DNA of 64,000 nucleotides from a virus. Of the stretch, positions 1 to 10,611 are shown piece by piece. How positions within the stretch are numbered: the stretch's first letter is position 1; each line of letters begins with the position of its first letter. A program made the translations under genes and the position numbers. Below the pieces are notes generated by a model that searched no databases, was not told the DNA's origin, and saw only the letters and a list, made by a program, of their open reading frames with translations. The stretch covers positions 1 through 64,000 of IMG/VR virus record IMGVR_UViG_3300037088_000882. One strand, 5' to 3'.

Positions 1-1002
1 ATGGTATTTAAGGGCTTTCTTAGCATGCATGCTAATTTTGCGGGTAAGCTTTTTGTATTTAAGACTGTTAATAATAAGGAATACGATTTAATAAAGTATT
101 ATTCTGGATCTTTGGACAGGCCTAATTATGAAAGCATATTTAATTCCTATTATATGGCTTTTAGTGTTTTTATGGTAGGTCAGGAAAATGTCATTATAAA
201 TCGTGATGAGTATATTAAAAAGCTATATCAATTTTTTATTTCTATGCCTGCTGTTTTTTGTAAGGAGATTCTTAAAGAACTCGAATTATTGAAAGTTAAA
301 ATGTACTTAGCTTTAGAGTTTGTTGAAGGATTTTCTTATGCTTTTCAATATCGAAGATTGTGGAAGATTTTAGGCTTAAATTTTTTAAGTGGTATTGCTG
401 GATCTGAGAATCTTGGTTTAAATGTTTTTCAGGAAAATTGGATTTATTTAAATAAAACTCTTGATGAGGAAGAAGCTTATAACCAGCAGTTTTCTTTTGC
501 TGTTTTAATAGCATCGGCCTCCAATGCAAAGGGAGCCAAGCAATTGAGAGCGAAGCATGATGCTAGCTTACAAACCATGGAAGATAAGAGGAAGAAATTA
601 TCGAGAGAAGGTCCAATTAAAAGTACTAATTGGACTGCTATGGGATGGGCAGCTCCTGTGGATACTGCTGAGGAACTTGTGGCTGAACTTGAACGCCAAA
701 TGCACGGTTTGAAAGATCGGCACGATAAATTTATTGATGATTATTTACATCAATTAGAGAAAAATGCTGAAGAGCATAATCGAAAGGCTCAGGAAAAAAT
801 TGAGGAATCTAATAAGAAACATGAAGGCGAAAAACCTTTAAGTGGTGAACAAAGAGTACTTACTCCAAAAGAGATGTCAGAATTAATGTCTCAAAAGAGT
901 AATAATCTTATTATTCTTCCTCCTGAAGATGTAGCAACGCCTGAAGATAAAGAGCGTTATTTATCAAAAGTTGGTGGAAAAGTTTTAACCGGTAGGAAAT
1001 AA
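1..1002 (+). CDS. Phage protein upstream of the tape measure gene (possible tail assembly chaperone); may be 5'-truncated
   Basis: 333-aa ORF starting at the window edge, charged helical C-terminal half; function inferred from position only. Confidence 0.45.
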   Translation: MVFKGFLSMHANFAGKLFVFKTVNNKEYDLIKYYSGSLDRPNYESIFNSYYMAFSVFMVGQENVIINRDEYIKKLYQFFISMPAVFCKEILKELELLKVKMYLALEFVEGFSYAFQYRRLWKILGLNFLSGIAGSENLGLNVFQENWIYLNKTLDEEEAYNQQFSFAVLIASASNAKGAKQLRAKHDASLQTMEDKRKKLSREGPIKSTNWTAMGWAAPVDTAEELVAELERQMHGLKDRHDKFIDDYLHQLEKNAEEHNRKAQEKIEESNKKHEGEKPLSGEQRVLTPKEMSELMSQKSNNLIILPPEDVATPEDKERYLSKVGGKVLTGRK

Positions 1003-1004
1003 AT

Positions 1005-4000
1005 ATGGCTGATCCGACCCCTGCAAATATGAAAGCAATGGAAGAAGCGCTAAAAAAAGTACAGCGCCAACTGGAAAATGTTGAGAAAGCCACTAAAAAG
1101 ACAACGCAAAATATTAATAAGAATTTCCAAAATGCTGCAGGTGGTACTGAATATTTTGGAAAAAGATTAGAATATGCTGAAGAGACTATAGACGATATAG
1201 CCAAGAATATGAAGAAAATCCATCTGGAAAAAGGATTGCCAGTAGGGAAAGTTATTATAGTAAACAAGCAGATGGCTGTTCTTCAAAAAAGAATTGAACA
1301 TATTAAAAATTTGAAGGGGCCTTTTAATGCTGCTTCTTTAGATAAACAGAAAAAAAGAATTGCTACGATAACGAAAGAAGCTGTTTCTCTAAATAAAAAT
1401 GTTTCTGGTGGTGTAAAAGTATCAACTCAGCGATTTGCTGATATGGCCGAGGGTGCTGGATCTTTTAAAGATTTATTTCATTCTTTAAAAGGTTCTCCTA
1501 AGGATATGCTAAAAACAGCAGAAGGGGCTGGAGAAGTTGCAGATAAATTAAAAAGTATGGGAGGAATGGCTAAAGGTTTAGGTAGTGCTCTTGGAGGAGT
1601 TTCTAAAATCTTTGGAGGTCCAGCGGGTATAGCTATGGCTGCGGGGAAAGCCTTATTTGATATAACTGTACAAGCAGATACCTTTGTTAAAAATGCTAAT
1701 AAAGGGTTTGCTAGTATTCGTGGACCTGATATTATGACGAGTGATGTTGAAGGGCAATTTAAGGAATTTAATGACCAGATTTATAACGCTTCTGCTAATA
1801 TTAGGGATGGCTTAAATGCAGATGCCATAAGAGGTTTTATGGAAGCCTTGAGTCAATCTGGTTATAATATAACTAGGTTACAAGGGGGCCTTACCACTTA
1901 TAGAACCGCTGTGGATGTAGCAGCAAAAGCCAGTAAAAGTTTAGGGGTTGATATAGTTCAGGTTGGTGCTTATATGGGCACTTTACTGAATGATTTTAGA
2001 GAGGATTTAGCAGAAGTCGATAAATCTTTTGTTCAAGTTGCTTTTGACGCTAAAAAATCAGGTATGTCAACTAATAATTTTTGGAATACCGTTCAGAATG
2101 CTACAGCATCTTTAACTCTTTATGGTGTTAAAATTGATTCGGCAGGAAAGTTACTTAAAACTTTCAGTCAAAATCAAATAGGGGGTGTAAAAGATGCCGA
2201 GGCTGCTGCCCAGGATATGTTATCTGTATTTAAATCTACCGATCGTGCTCAAAGTGCTTTAATCATGCAGATGTCTAAGTCTGGAGGGTTCGATCTTGCA
2301 GGGGCCTTTCAAAAAAAGGCTGGAGAACAAGGGACTAAAGCAACTAAAATAAAAGAAGAAATTAAACTTGTTGAAGCTAAGCCCAGAACTGAAGAAAATT
2401 TATCTGCTTTGGATAAATTGCATACTGATCTTGTAAATGCTGAAAAAGATCAAGCTAATTATACAAAAGCAACGATTTTGGCCCAAAAAGGAGATTATGT
2501 TGGATTAGGTACTTATTTTGGGGATTTGGCCAATAATGTATCCGATATAGTTCCAGCCTTGCTTAAAGGTATGATTCCTGGGTTAACTAATATAGGTAAG
2601 ATAGATGAGCATAATTTGGCTGTTTTAGAAAAGACGAGTCAATTAACAGGGTTATCTGTTCCGGCTTTACGAACAATTGTTAAGAATGCTCAATTTGTAA
2701 ATAAGGAATTAAGTGATCTTTCGGATTACATGGGTGATTTTGGTGGTAAATTAATTGATGCCACGGATGAGACAAAAAAAGGTATTGGGGATGCTATAAC
2801 TGAAATGGATAGTGGTAATGAAAAAGGTTTTGAAGATCTTAATAACGCTTTATTACAAGCTGGAATGGATCCAGTCCAGGCTAAGGAAATGGCAAATTTA
2901 GCTAAAAGTAATGAAGTTATTAGGGCTATTCTTAAGAAGACTTTAGTGCAGGATAAAGTTGTTGCTAAAAAAGAATTGGTTAATTTACAAAAGACACTTA
3001 AATCGGATGATGTTAGTAATAAGGCTGCTTTTAATAGCATTGATGACCAAAAGGCCTCTGCTGCAGAAATGTCTAAGAAAAGTGATGATACCTTTAAAAA
3101 GATAACTTCTTTGACTCTTTCAAGCCAAGAGACCATGGATATCATGGGAGATGAGGCTAAATACCGTTTATATAGTACTACTTTATTTAAAGGTATGAAT
3201 AAAGGTATAGGCTTTATAGCTAAATTTTTGACTAAGGCTTTTGGAAGTAAAGTTAAAGGTGTTGATGAGTATATAAGTCCTGAAGAAGAAGAAAAAATGC
3301 AACAGGACGCTTCAGATAAAATTACAAATGAAATAAAAAATGTAAAACCTGATGATGTTACAAAAGCTGTTGATGATCTTAATAAAAAGTTTCCCAAGGA
3401 TGCTAAATTAAGTCCTTCTCTAATGCAGGCTATAGTTGGTCATGAATCTGGTGGAAATGCTATGGCCGTTCCTAAAGATAAAACAGGGAATGTCTTATCT
3501 ACTGCTCGTGGTCCAATGCAAGTTATTAAAGATACTGCACAAAGGGTTGTTAAAGAATCAGGAGACGTTCTGGGAGTTAAGGGAGGTAAAAGTGGAACTT
3601 TACCTACTTATGGATCAGATTATAAAATGACTGCTCCAGGAACAGTCGACCTTACAGATACTAAAACAGGATTAGCTGTTGGAGGTCGAGTACTTCAAAA
3701 AGAGTTAACTAAATATGGTGGAGATCCAAAGAAAGCTATTGCCGCTTATTTTCAAGGTGACACAGTTGTAGATAATGCAATAAAGGCAGATAGTAAAGAT
3801 TGGATGAGTCATTTAGTTAATGATAAGGGTGAAAATGTATCTTCTCAAGTTGCTGCTTACATAAATGATGTTAATAAGCGTATTATGGATTCAGCCATAG
3901 GATCTACTCCTACGGCTACTCCTACAAAAGCTACCATGGGAATGCCTGAAAGGGTGACCTCTCCTGGTATTGTTCAGCTACATTCTGGAGAATCTATTTT

Positions 4001-4202
4001 TCCTAGTGCTGGTAATTCTAGAATGCGGACAACACCTCTTTTAAATGGAGGTGCTATGAATAGTGCTTTAGGCGGAGCTGTAGGTGGTGGAGGGAAAACC
4101 ATTAATATAAACGTTTCGGCTACAGAAAAAGATCTGGCCCAAAGAATAGCTAATGAAGTTAGAGGAGTACTATATAAAGAACAATTGACAGGAATGGCAT
4201 AA
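1005..4202 (+). CDS. Tail tape measure protein with C-terminal lytic transglycosylase (SLT) domain
   Basis: 1065 aa, Ala/Lys/Gly-rich helical body; SLT motifs AIVGHESGG, ARGPMQV and AIAAYFQG at about nt 3400-3780. Confidence 0.85.
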   Translation: MADPTPANMKAMEEALKKVQRQLENVEKATKKTTQNINKNFQNAAGGTEYFGKRLEYAEETIDDIAKNMKKIHLEKGLPVGKVIIVNKQMAVLQKRIEHIKNLKGPFNAASLDKQKKRIATITKEAVSLNKNVSGGVKVSTQRFADMAEGAGSFKDLFHSLKGSPKDMLKTAEGAGEVADKLKSMGGMAKGLGSALGGVSKIFGGPAGIAMAAGKALFDITVQADTFVKNANKGFASIRGPDIMTSDVEGQFKEFNDQIYNASANIRDGLNADAIRGFMEALSQSGYNITRLQGGLTTYRTAVDVAAKASKSLGVDIVQVGAYMGTLLNDFREDLAEVDKSFVQVAFDAKKSGMSTNNFWNTVQNATASLTLYGVKIDSAGKLLKTFSQNQIGGVKDAEAAAQDMLSVFKSTDRAQSALIMQMSKSGGFDLAGAFQKKAGEQGTKATKIKEEIKLVEAKPRTEENLSALDKLHTDLVNAEKDQANYTKATILAQKGDYVGLGTYFGDLANNVSDIVPALLKGMIPGLTNIGKIDEHNLAVLEKTSQLTGLSVPALRTIVKNAQFVNKELSDLSDYMGDFGGKLIDATDETKKGIGDAITEMDSGNEKGFEDLNNALLQAGMDPVQAKEMANLAKSNEVIRAILKKTLVQDKVVAKKELVNLQKTLKSDDVSNKAAFNSIDDQKASAAEMSKKSDDTFKKITSLTLSSQETMDIMGDEAKYRLYSTTLFKGMNKGIGFIAKFLTKAFGSKVKGVDEYISPEEEEKMQQDASDKITNEIKNVKPDDVTKAVDDLNKKFPKDAKLSPSLMQAIVGHESGGNAMAVPKDKTGNVLSTARGPMQVIKDTAQRVVKESGDVLGVKGGKSGTLPTYGSDYKMTAPGTVDLTDTKTGLAVGGRVLQKELTKYGGDPKKAIAAYFQGDTVVDNAIKADSKDWMSHLVNDKGENVSSQVAAYINDVNKRIMDSAIGSTPTATPTKATMGMPERVTSPGIVQLHSGESIFPSAGNSRMRTTPLLNGGAMNSALGGAVGGGGKTININVSATEKDLAQRIANEVRGVLYKEQLTGMA

Positions 4203-4206
4203 TAAC

Positions 4207-4962
4207 ATGGGTAATCAAATACAGTCAGTAGGACTCGAAAATTATCTAAATTCTGCAGCATCTGATCAAAATTATATACAGAATATTCAGAGTTATTTAT
4301 ATAATTCCCAGGCCGTGACCTCGGCCCCTGATAAAGTTAAATTTATTATTCAGACAGTAGATGGAAATGGCCGTCCTTTTAAATATGTGGTTAATGGCTA
4401 TAATATTGTTGGAATTAAACTGACTATTAACCCTTCATCGGTAAGTGTTAATTTGGCAAAAATGATAAATAGAACCCAGACCATGTCGAGTTGGGTAGAG
4501 GATCATTGGGGAGAAGAGCTTGATACAATTACTTTTCAAGGAAGCAGTGCAGGATTTATTTGGGAAGGTCCGACGCCTTACATTAAAACTCCTCAGGGAG
4601 TGACTCAAACTGCCCAAGAAGTCCGTACAATATTTAACCAATATAACGATATTGCAGATCTTGGAAGTACTGAACCTCATGGAGTTGGTGATAATAGTGG
4701 ATTGACCGTAAAGAGACGTCGAGATACAGTATCTTATAATGAGTTTAGGCAATTGATGCAGTTGATGAATGCTAATGGGGCTTCTTTCGATACTCGAGGC
4801 TTAGTTTCGGATAGGTTATTTATTCAATTAAGTTATGATTATGCTAGTTATCTGGGGTATTTTGAAAGCTTTGACTTAACAGAGAGTGCTGATACTCCTT
4901 TTAGATTTATTTACACGATCACTTTTAAGGCTGAAAAAACAGTTTATTCTTTTTTGAGTTAA
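4207..4962 (+). CDS. Virion structural protein (tail tube initiator/baseplate hub-like)
   Basis: Follows the TMP; motifs LTINPSS..WGEELDTITFQG..YLGYFESF..PFRFIYTITF; paralogous to the next ORF. Confidence 0.55.
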   Translation: MGNQIQSVGLENYLNSAASDQNYIQNIQSYLYNSQAVTSAPDKVKFIIQTVDGNGRPFKYVVNGYNIVGIKLTINPSSVSVNLAKMINRTQTMSSWVEDHWGEELDTITFQGSSAGFIWEGPTPYIKTPQGVTQTAQEVRTIFNQYNDIADLGSTEPHGVGDNSGLTVKRRRDTVSYNEFRQLMQLMNANGASFDTRGLVSDRLFIQLSYDYASYLGYFESFDLTESADTPFRFIYTITFKAEKTVYSFLS

Positions 4963-4966
4963 AATT

Positions 4967-5776
4967 ATGAGCCAAATAAGACCCGATCCGGCTAATGCTC
5001 GTGACCAAATCAGACGTGATATGGATATCTTTTTAGCAGGTATCCAGACTTCAGATTATTCTCAATTGTATGGTCTTTCAGGATCAGATTTGCTTGTGGA
5101 GGCGGGAGCTCCGATTACGGAATCTCTGCCTGCTCCAGATCCTAATCTTACAGGGGCTCTTTCTGCTGCGTTACCTATGACTTTATCAACCTGTGATAGT
5201 AATGGTAATCGAATACAGATAACTTTATTAATTAATCCTTCGAGTATGAACCATAATAAAACATCATCGGTATATGCTAATTATACGAGAAGTGGTTTTG
5301 TGACACAGTTATGGGGCCCTAATCAAGATTTAATAACATCTAATGGTACTACTGCAGCATTTATGGTAGAAGGAACTGGATTAACAACTATAAGTCGACG
5401 TCGATCCTTTGCCTATAAGAATTTTCTGGCTTTTTTGTACGCTTATAGAAACAATGGTTATAATCTCGTTGATCCTACAGCACTTAAAGCGTCTTTAACT
5501 CGAGTGATAGGTGTTATTCATGGCGTTGAGTTAAGTTACGACAATCAAATTTTTTTGGGTCATTTCAATAACTTTACGATCGATGAAGTCGCAGAAAAAC
5601 CTTTTCTTTTTGATTATAATTTTGAATTTGTTGTAAGTTCATTGTCTAATGATTATAATGAAATTAGAGGGCATTTTTCTAAGATCCCGACTTATGGTGA
5701 GGAGACTAATCCAGTCAGATTAATATCTGATTTAAATGTTCTATTAAATACGTCTACAACTAAGAATATAGGTTAA
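4967..5776 (+). CDS. Virion structural protein (paralog of 4207-4962)
   Basis: Shares LLINPSS..WG..FLGHFNNF..PFLFDYNFEF and RRRS motifs with the upstream ORF. Confidence 0.55.
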   Translation: MSQIRPDPANARDQIRRDMDIFLAGIQTSDYSQLYGLSGSDLLVEAGAPITESLPAPDPNLTGALSAALPMTLSTCDSNGNRIQITLLINPSSMNHNKTSSVYANYTRSGFVTQLWGPNQDLITSNGTTAAFMVEGTGLTTISRRRSFAYKNFLAFLYAYRNNGYNLVDPTALKASLTRVIGVIHGVELSYDNQIFLGHFNNFTIDEVAEKPFLFDYNFEFVVSSLSNDYNEIRGHFSKIPTYGEETNPVRLISDLNVLLNTSTTKNIG

Positions 5777-5778
5777 GT

Positions 5779-8037
5779 ATGGCAAATGATCTTAATGGGA
5801 TATTTACTTTAAAAGAATTTTATAATCGTGGTGTAACAAAACTTGCTCCCGATGTCTTGGTTTATATAGGAGGAAGTCTTACAACAACAGTTATAGCTCC
5901 AGTTTCAAGTAATAATGGGAATCTTTCTTTTAATGACGGTATAACAACAGTATCCGTTCAAAATAATGTTGATCCTCCAGGAAGCTCTTCTGCAAATATA
6001 GAAATTGTTACTCCAATATATGGGCCAAATTCTAAATATTGGGCTTTGTTTCCAGGGCCTGATCCAAATGATCCTAATAGTAATCCTGTGCGAGCTCCTT
6101 TATTTTCTCCTATGATGGAAGTGAAAATTTATTTCAAAGGGAGATATTTAGTTAACGGTCAGCCTAAATATTATCCAAGTTTCTGGGGATTTATTGTTAA
6201 TGTAGATGAAAGTTATAGTGGAGGAGTTTATAAAATTGGATTAGTTTGTGCTGATATGCTTCATTGGTTACATTACAGTACTTTGAACGTACATCCTGAT
6301 GTGGCAACCAATCAGGTTGCTGGAGGAAATCTTGACTTGAGTGTATGGGGTACTACTTTCAATACAAGTAACCCTTATCAGATTATTTATTCTCTGATAG
6401 TGTTAATGGGGTGGGATAGTTTTGTAGTTCCTTCATGGGTTGCTCAGAAAACCGCTCCAGATAGTATATGGCCAGTAAATCCTTTTGATCAAGCTCCTGG
6501 AATAATGAATTATTGGAAACAGCGTTTTGCAACAATGGGCAATTTATTGAAATTGTATGGAATTAACGGTAAACAAGTTGATAAAAATGGGATACAGACA
6601 AGGCAACCAGAAGTTAACGTGATGAATACAGGTGGCGATTCTTATGTTGGCCAAGGAGTCGCTCCTAAAGACTCTAATCAGTATACTATTGATGGAGGTT
6701 TTTTGAGGGAGTTTAGCGTTTTTGGTGACCTTGGGCAAATGGGTCAGTTTGAAAATTCTGAGTATATGACTAAACTCGATATTGCTACTAACGTGAAGAC
6801 CCGAAGTGACTTTGAGTTTTTTCAGGATGTGAATGGTAATTTTGTTTTTAAACCTCCTTTTTATAATATGAATGTTAAGGGCTTATTACCCTATACCCTG
6901 TTGCCTAGTGACATTATTAGTTATTCCGTTAATCAGGATACCGAGGGAATTGTAACATCAATGACAGTGCTAACACCCATGGATCCTTTATTTAAGTATT
7001 TGACTTTTGGTCAGGGTGTGGGGTTTTTCATGGATGTAAACCTTACTAAAAGATTTGGTGTCCGTCATGTAGAACATAGGATGGAATATATAAAAGACGG
7101 TAATATGGCCAAGGCATTTGCTGTCGGTCAAATGACCTTAATCAATGCAAAGACCCTTACAGGAACCGTAACTATTCCAGGACGACCTGAAATGAGACTT
7201 GGGTATCCAGTTTATATCGAGCATCGAGATAGTTTCCATTATGTGAAAGCCATTAATCACAGTTTTGATTATGGGGGTTCTTTTGTTACAACCTTATCTT
7301 TAGAGACTGAACGTAAAAAAGTTTACAATCTGGATAATTTGTTTAATAGTCCTGCACAAAAAGGATCTCCCTATATTGATACTGTTTTTAGACTAGATAA
7401 ATCAGCTCCGACTCCAACTGATTCAAATTCTATTGTTCAGTCAAATCCTAAAGATGTTTTAAGAGAATCCTTATTACGGTCTGAAAATAGAATTGTTTCT
7501 TCAGATCCAGGTGGGTATGTTATAAGCTCAAGAGCCACGGATCAGGAATTATCAACGACTACAACAACAATACCTTATACAGATGGCGATGGCTATCAAT
7601 TAATAGGTGGTTTTCCATACGGAAGAAATCTTGATCCTGTTCTTATTTCAAGTGAGACTGTCGGGCCTCCCATTTTTAAAGATGTTTATCTTACAACCAT
7701 GGCAAGGCCTTTGTATCAAAGTGAGTCAGATGCTATGGGAACTCTTTTCTTTGATAATCAAGAAGGGGCTGTCCCTGCTTATTTAAATACGGGATCAGAA
7801 ACTCCGAGAATTTTAGGAACAATTGATGTTATAGATCCTACTGCAGTATCTAATTTGGAGACAATATTTACGCCAGCACAAGCTGCTATAAGTAATAATG
7901 ATCGATTAGCGGATACTGTTTCTACAGGAGTTAATAATACTATGGTTAATATGAAAGATGGAGTACAAAATGTTCCATTTAGTGGTGAAAATAGAATTAC
8001 ATCTGATTTAGGGTACTCGTTTAATTTTGGTAAATAA
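5779..8037 (+). CDS. Baseplate hub protein (gp27/gpD-like)
   Basis: Lies between the tube-like genes and the spike; EFFQDVNGNFVFKPPFY and GTVTIPGRPEMRLGYPVY..YVKAINHSF are typical of hub C-termini. Confidence 0.65.
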   Translation: MANDLNGIFTLKEFYNRGVTKLAPDVLVYIGGSLTTTVIAPVSSNNGNLSFNDGITTVSVQNNVDPPGSSSANIEIVTPIYGPNSKYWALFPGPDPNDPNSNPVRAPLFSPMMEVKIYFKGRYLVNGQPKYYPSFWGFIVNVDESYSGGVYKIGLVCADMLHWLHYSTLNVHPDVATNQVAGGNLDLSVWGTTFNTSNPYQIIYSLIVLMGWDSFVVPSWVAQKTAPDSIWPVNPFDQAPGIMNYWKQRFATMGNLLKLYGINGKQVDKNGIQTRQPEVNVMNTGGDSYVGQGVAPKDSNQYTIDGGFLREFSVFGDLGQMGQFENSEYMTKLDIATNVKTRSDFEFFQDVNGNFVFKPPFYNMNVKGLLPYTLLPSDIISYSVNQDTEGIVTSMTVLTPMDPLFKYLTFGQGVGFFMDVNLTKRFGVRHVEHRMEYIKDGNMAKAFAVGQMTLINAKTLTGTVTIPGRPEMRLGYPVYIEHRDSFHYVKAINHSFDYGGSFVTTLSLETERKKVYNLDNLFNSPAQKGSPYIDTVFRLDKSAPTPTDSNSIVQSNPKDVLRESLLRSENRIVSSDPGGYVISSRATDQELSTTTTTIPYTDGDGYQLIGGFPYGRNLDPVLISSETVGPPIFKDVYLTTMARPLYQSESDAMGTLFFDNQEGAVPAYLNTGSETPRILGTIDVIDPTAVSNLETIFTPAQAAISNNDRLADTVSTGVNNTMVNMKDGVQNVPFSGENRITSDLGYSFNFGK

Positions 8038-8051
8038 GATAAGGTAAATAA

Positions 8052-9998
8052 ATGGGAACTCCAACAAGACAATACAGACAGGGTGAAAAACCCCATTCCG
8101 TATTTAGTAATTTTAATGGGCCTAATAAGTTCAACCAATACTTTTATATACGTGCTGGTGTCATAGAAGAAGTCGATATAGATAAATATCAAATGACCAT
8201 ACGCTGGTATGGTAGTGATGGGGCTAGAAGTAGAGTTCCGATAAGTTTCCCTTACATGGGCCCTGCTGGATGTATTGCAACACTCCCCGAAAAAGGGGCC
8301 ATGGGTATTTTTGGTTTTTATGACGAGGGTGATGGAAAAGGATCACCTTTATGCCTTTCTTATCTTGCTGCAGGTCTTGCTTCGGCCTTAAATTTTAACA
8401 CAGTAAAAATCTTACCAGATTCTTTATCTACAAGTGATATAAATGAAGTCGATTTTAAGTTTAGAAAATTAACTCCAGGTGATATCTCCATTACATCTCC
8501 TGCGGGTGGAATGGTTTTTTTAAACAATACTGTGGAGATTCACGATAATAGTCAGGACTCCATAATAATTCGAGATGATGACCAGGCTATTATTTCTACC
8601 TCTGTGACAAATTTTACTTTTGCTGATGGTGTTTCTATAAGTTCGGGACCTGCTTTAAGAAACAGTTTAGTTCTATATGATAGCCAGGGAAACAAACTTC
8701 CAAACAATGGAAGTGCCGTCCCTCAACCAAGTGGGAAAGACAATATCTATATCGTCCCTCAAGGACAGGATATTACTTACGACACTCAATTTTATACTGA
8801 GTATCGGGTTGATGTCTCGGACATGGCTAATGGGATTCTGGACAATAATGATGTAAATGGCTCAGCAAATCTTTCGGATCATGATCCTGTCGTTCGAATG
8901 GCCCTTGGTAATTACATTGGTCCTGATATTCGTGACCCCCAATTATATGGAAATGTCCTTAAAGCAAAAGTATTTCTTTCTGATAAAGATCAAAAAGGGA
9001 ATTTTACTTTAGGTAAAGCCCTTGATGATAATAACATGGATGAGCCTGGAAAGATAGGACTTGCTTATTCATTGCACTTCCCGAAGTCCGGGGCCTTTGT
9101 AGGGGTTGATAAAGAAGGGCATTACATTTTAAATCTTCCTGCTTCTGCAGCTAATCAGTTAGGTGCAGGGCGATCGATGTCTATTCTTGCTCAAGGTAAT
9201 TTAAAGGAGATATGGGGATCTACGGCCCTTGATAACAATTCTTGGGATCTAACTACTCGAGGTGGAGTTCGATGGAATTTAGGGGCTCATAATCTTAACG
9301 AGGCTGGACAGAGTTATAGCATTCAAGCAACTAACGGGATAAGCATTACAGTAAACAGTGCTGATAATAACGGTTTTGCTAAGACAGAGCTTTATAAGGC
9401 TAATATTTCTCAGGTAGTTTCTGGTGATAAGCAGCAGACCTGTGTTAATTACACATCGACGATTAATGGGTTGAAAGTTGAAAATATTACTGGCTCTTCT
9501 ACTGAATCTGTTCAAAGCGATAAAAGTATAAATGTTTTGGGAGTGATGTCAGAAACTGTGGTTAAAGAGATGCAAGGTAAGTTTGGTGTCAGAAAGACTA
9601 CGATTACAACAGGTAATGATGAGCTAACGGTTATTAGAGGCGATATTACCGAGACAATAACTACTTTTGGAAAAAGATCGACTCTTGTTACTGCAGGAAG
9701 TATCGAAGAAAATCTTTTGACTGGTACATATAAGACCTTTGTTGGAGGCGGAAGTTACGAAATTAGTGTTGGTACTGGAACAATAAAAATATCTACGGCT
9801 GTTGGAGCAATCACAATGTCCGGGACCAATGTTGCGATTACAGGTAATGTCGCTGTTCAGATTAATGCGCCTATTGTCCAGGTTGGAAATGGCGCCGCAA
9901 TAGGAGGTGTTGTATCGGGATTCCCGGGAATCTTCTCGCATTTTGATTATACAACAGGAGTTCCATTAAAAGGTTCGATGAAGGTGAGTGTTGGCTAA
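8052..9998 (+). CDS. Baseplate central spike (gp5/gpV-like: OB fold plus beta-helix)
   Basis: N-terminal GVIEEVDIDKYQMTIRW..LPEKGA OB-fold-like segment; C-terminal Thr/Val/Gly-rich beta-strand repeats. Confidence 0.65.
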   Translation: MGTPTRQYRQGEKPHSVFSNFNGPNKFNQYFYIRAGVIEEVDIDKYQMTIRWYGSDGARSRVPISFPYMGPAGCIATLPEKGAMGIFGFYDEGDGKGSPLCLSYLAAGLASALNFNTVKILPDSLSTSDINEVDFKFRKLTPGDISITSPAGGMVFLNNTVEIHDNSQDSIIIRDDDQAIISTSVTNFTFADGVSISSGPALRNSLVLYDSQGNKLPNNGSAVPQPSGKDNIYIVPQGQDITYDTQFYTEYRVDVSDMANGILDNNDVNGSANLSDHDPVVRMALGNYIGPDIRDPQLYGNVLKAKVFLSDKDQKGNFTLGKALDDNNMDEPGKIGLAYSLHFPKSGAFVGVDKEGHYILNLPASAANQLGAGRSMSILAQGNLKEIWGSTALDNNSWDLTTRGGVRWNLGAHNLNEAGQSYSIQATNGISITVNSADNNGFAKTELYKANISQVVSGDKQQTCVNYTSTINGLKVENITGSSTESVQSDKSINVLGVMSETVVKEMQGKFGVRKTTITTGNDELTVIRGDITETITTFGKRSTLVTAGSIEENLLTGTYKTFVGGGSYEISVGTGTIKISTAVGAITMSGTNVAITGNVAVQINAPIVQVGNGAAIGGVVSGFPGIFSHFDYTTGVPLKGSMKVSVG

Positions 9999-10609
9999 TG
10001 CCTTTAATACCTGCACAGATGCAATCTTTGATACAGCTTAAGGCTGCATCTCAGTTAATGGCTGGGAGTAAGTTACCTGATATAATCTCGGCTGTGTCCA
10101 TGGCAACGTGTCAGTATTTAATGGCTGTTTCTGTTGTGAATAGCACAAATATAGTTGTGGGTCCAGGAGCTGGAACTCAGACTGGGACGGTAACAGGATT
10201 ATTTCCACAAGCAATGTCGGCTCTTATGTTTTTCAGAGCGTCGTCTCAAGGGCTTGTGGGAAGAGATTTGCCTAAATTATTTGATGCTGTTTCTTTTGGA
10301 GTCACGACATCTGTTATGACCTCCGTATTGGTTCAAGGAACCGTGATTGGAGGAGGGCCAGGCACTGGAACAGGTAAGATCTTAGGGTTGGTTCCAACGG
10401 GCTTGGAAGCGTTTATTTTGGCTCAGGAAATCTTTAGATTAATTTCGGGATCTAAAATAAGAGAGATTGTATCTTCAATGGCTTTTGGGATATGTAACCA
10501 TATTACGACTACGGGTATAGTCATATTGACTGATATAGGGGCTTTTACACCGCCCCCTGTTGGTCCTGTGCCAATACCCGCAGCACCAGGAATAGGAAGA
10601 TTAGTTTAA
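9998..10609 (+). CDS. Structural protein with three internal ~62-aa repeats (possible spike-tip protein)
   Basis: Repeats of the form L.P....I.......G.....I..A.S.G, linked by GPGxGT; coupled to the spike gene by a TAATG overlap. Confidence 0.5.
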   Translation: MPLIPAQMQSLIQLKAASQLMAGSKLPDIISAVSMATCQYLMAVSVVNSTNIVVGPGAGTQTGTVTGLFPQAMSALMFFRASSQGLVGRDLPKLFDAVSFGVTTSVMTSVLVQGTVIGGGPGTGTGKILGLVPTGLEAFILAQEIFRLISGSKIREIVSSMAFGICNHITTTGIVILTDIGAFTPPPVGPVPIPAAPGIGRLV

Positions 10610-10611
10610 TC

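Noticed and set aside
2726-3397. 223-aa antisense ORF and the other short opposite-strand or nested ORFs in the track
   Set aside because: They are shadows of long, motif-bearing genes and have no RBS or recognisable motifs.
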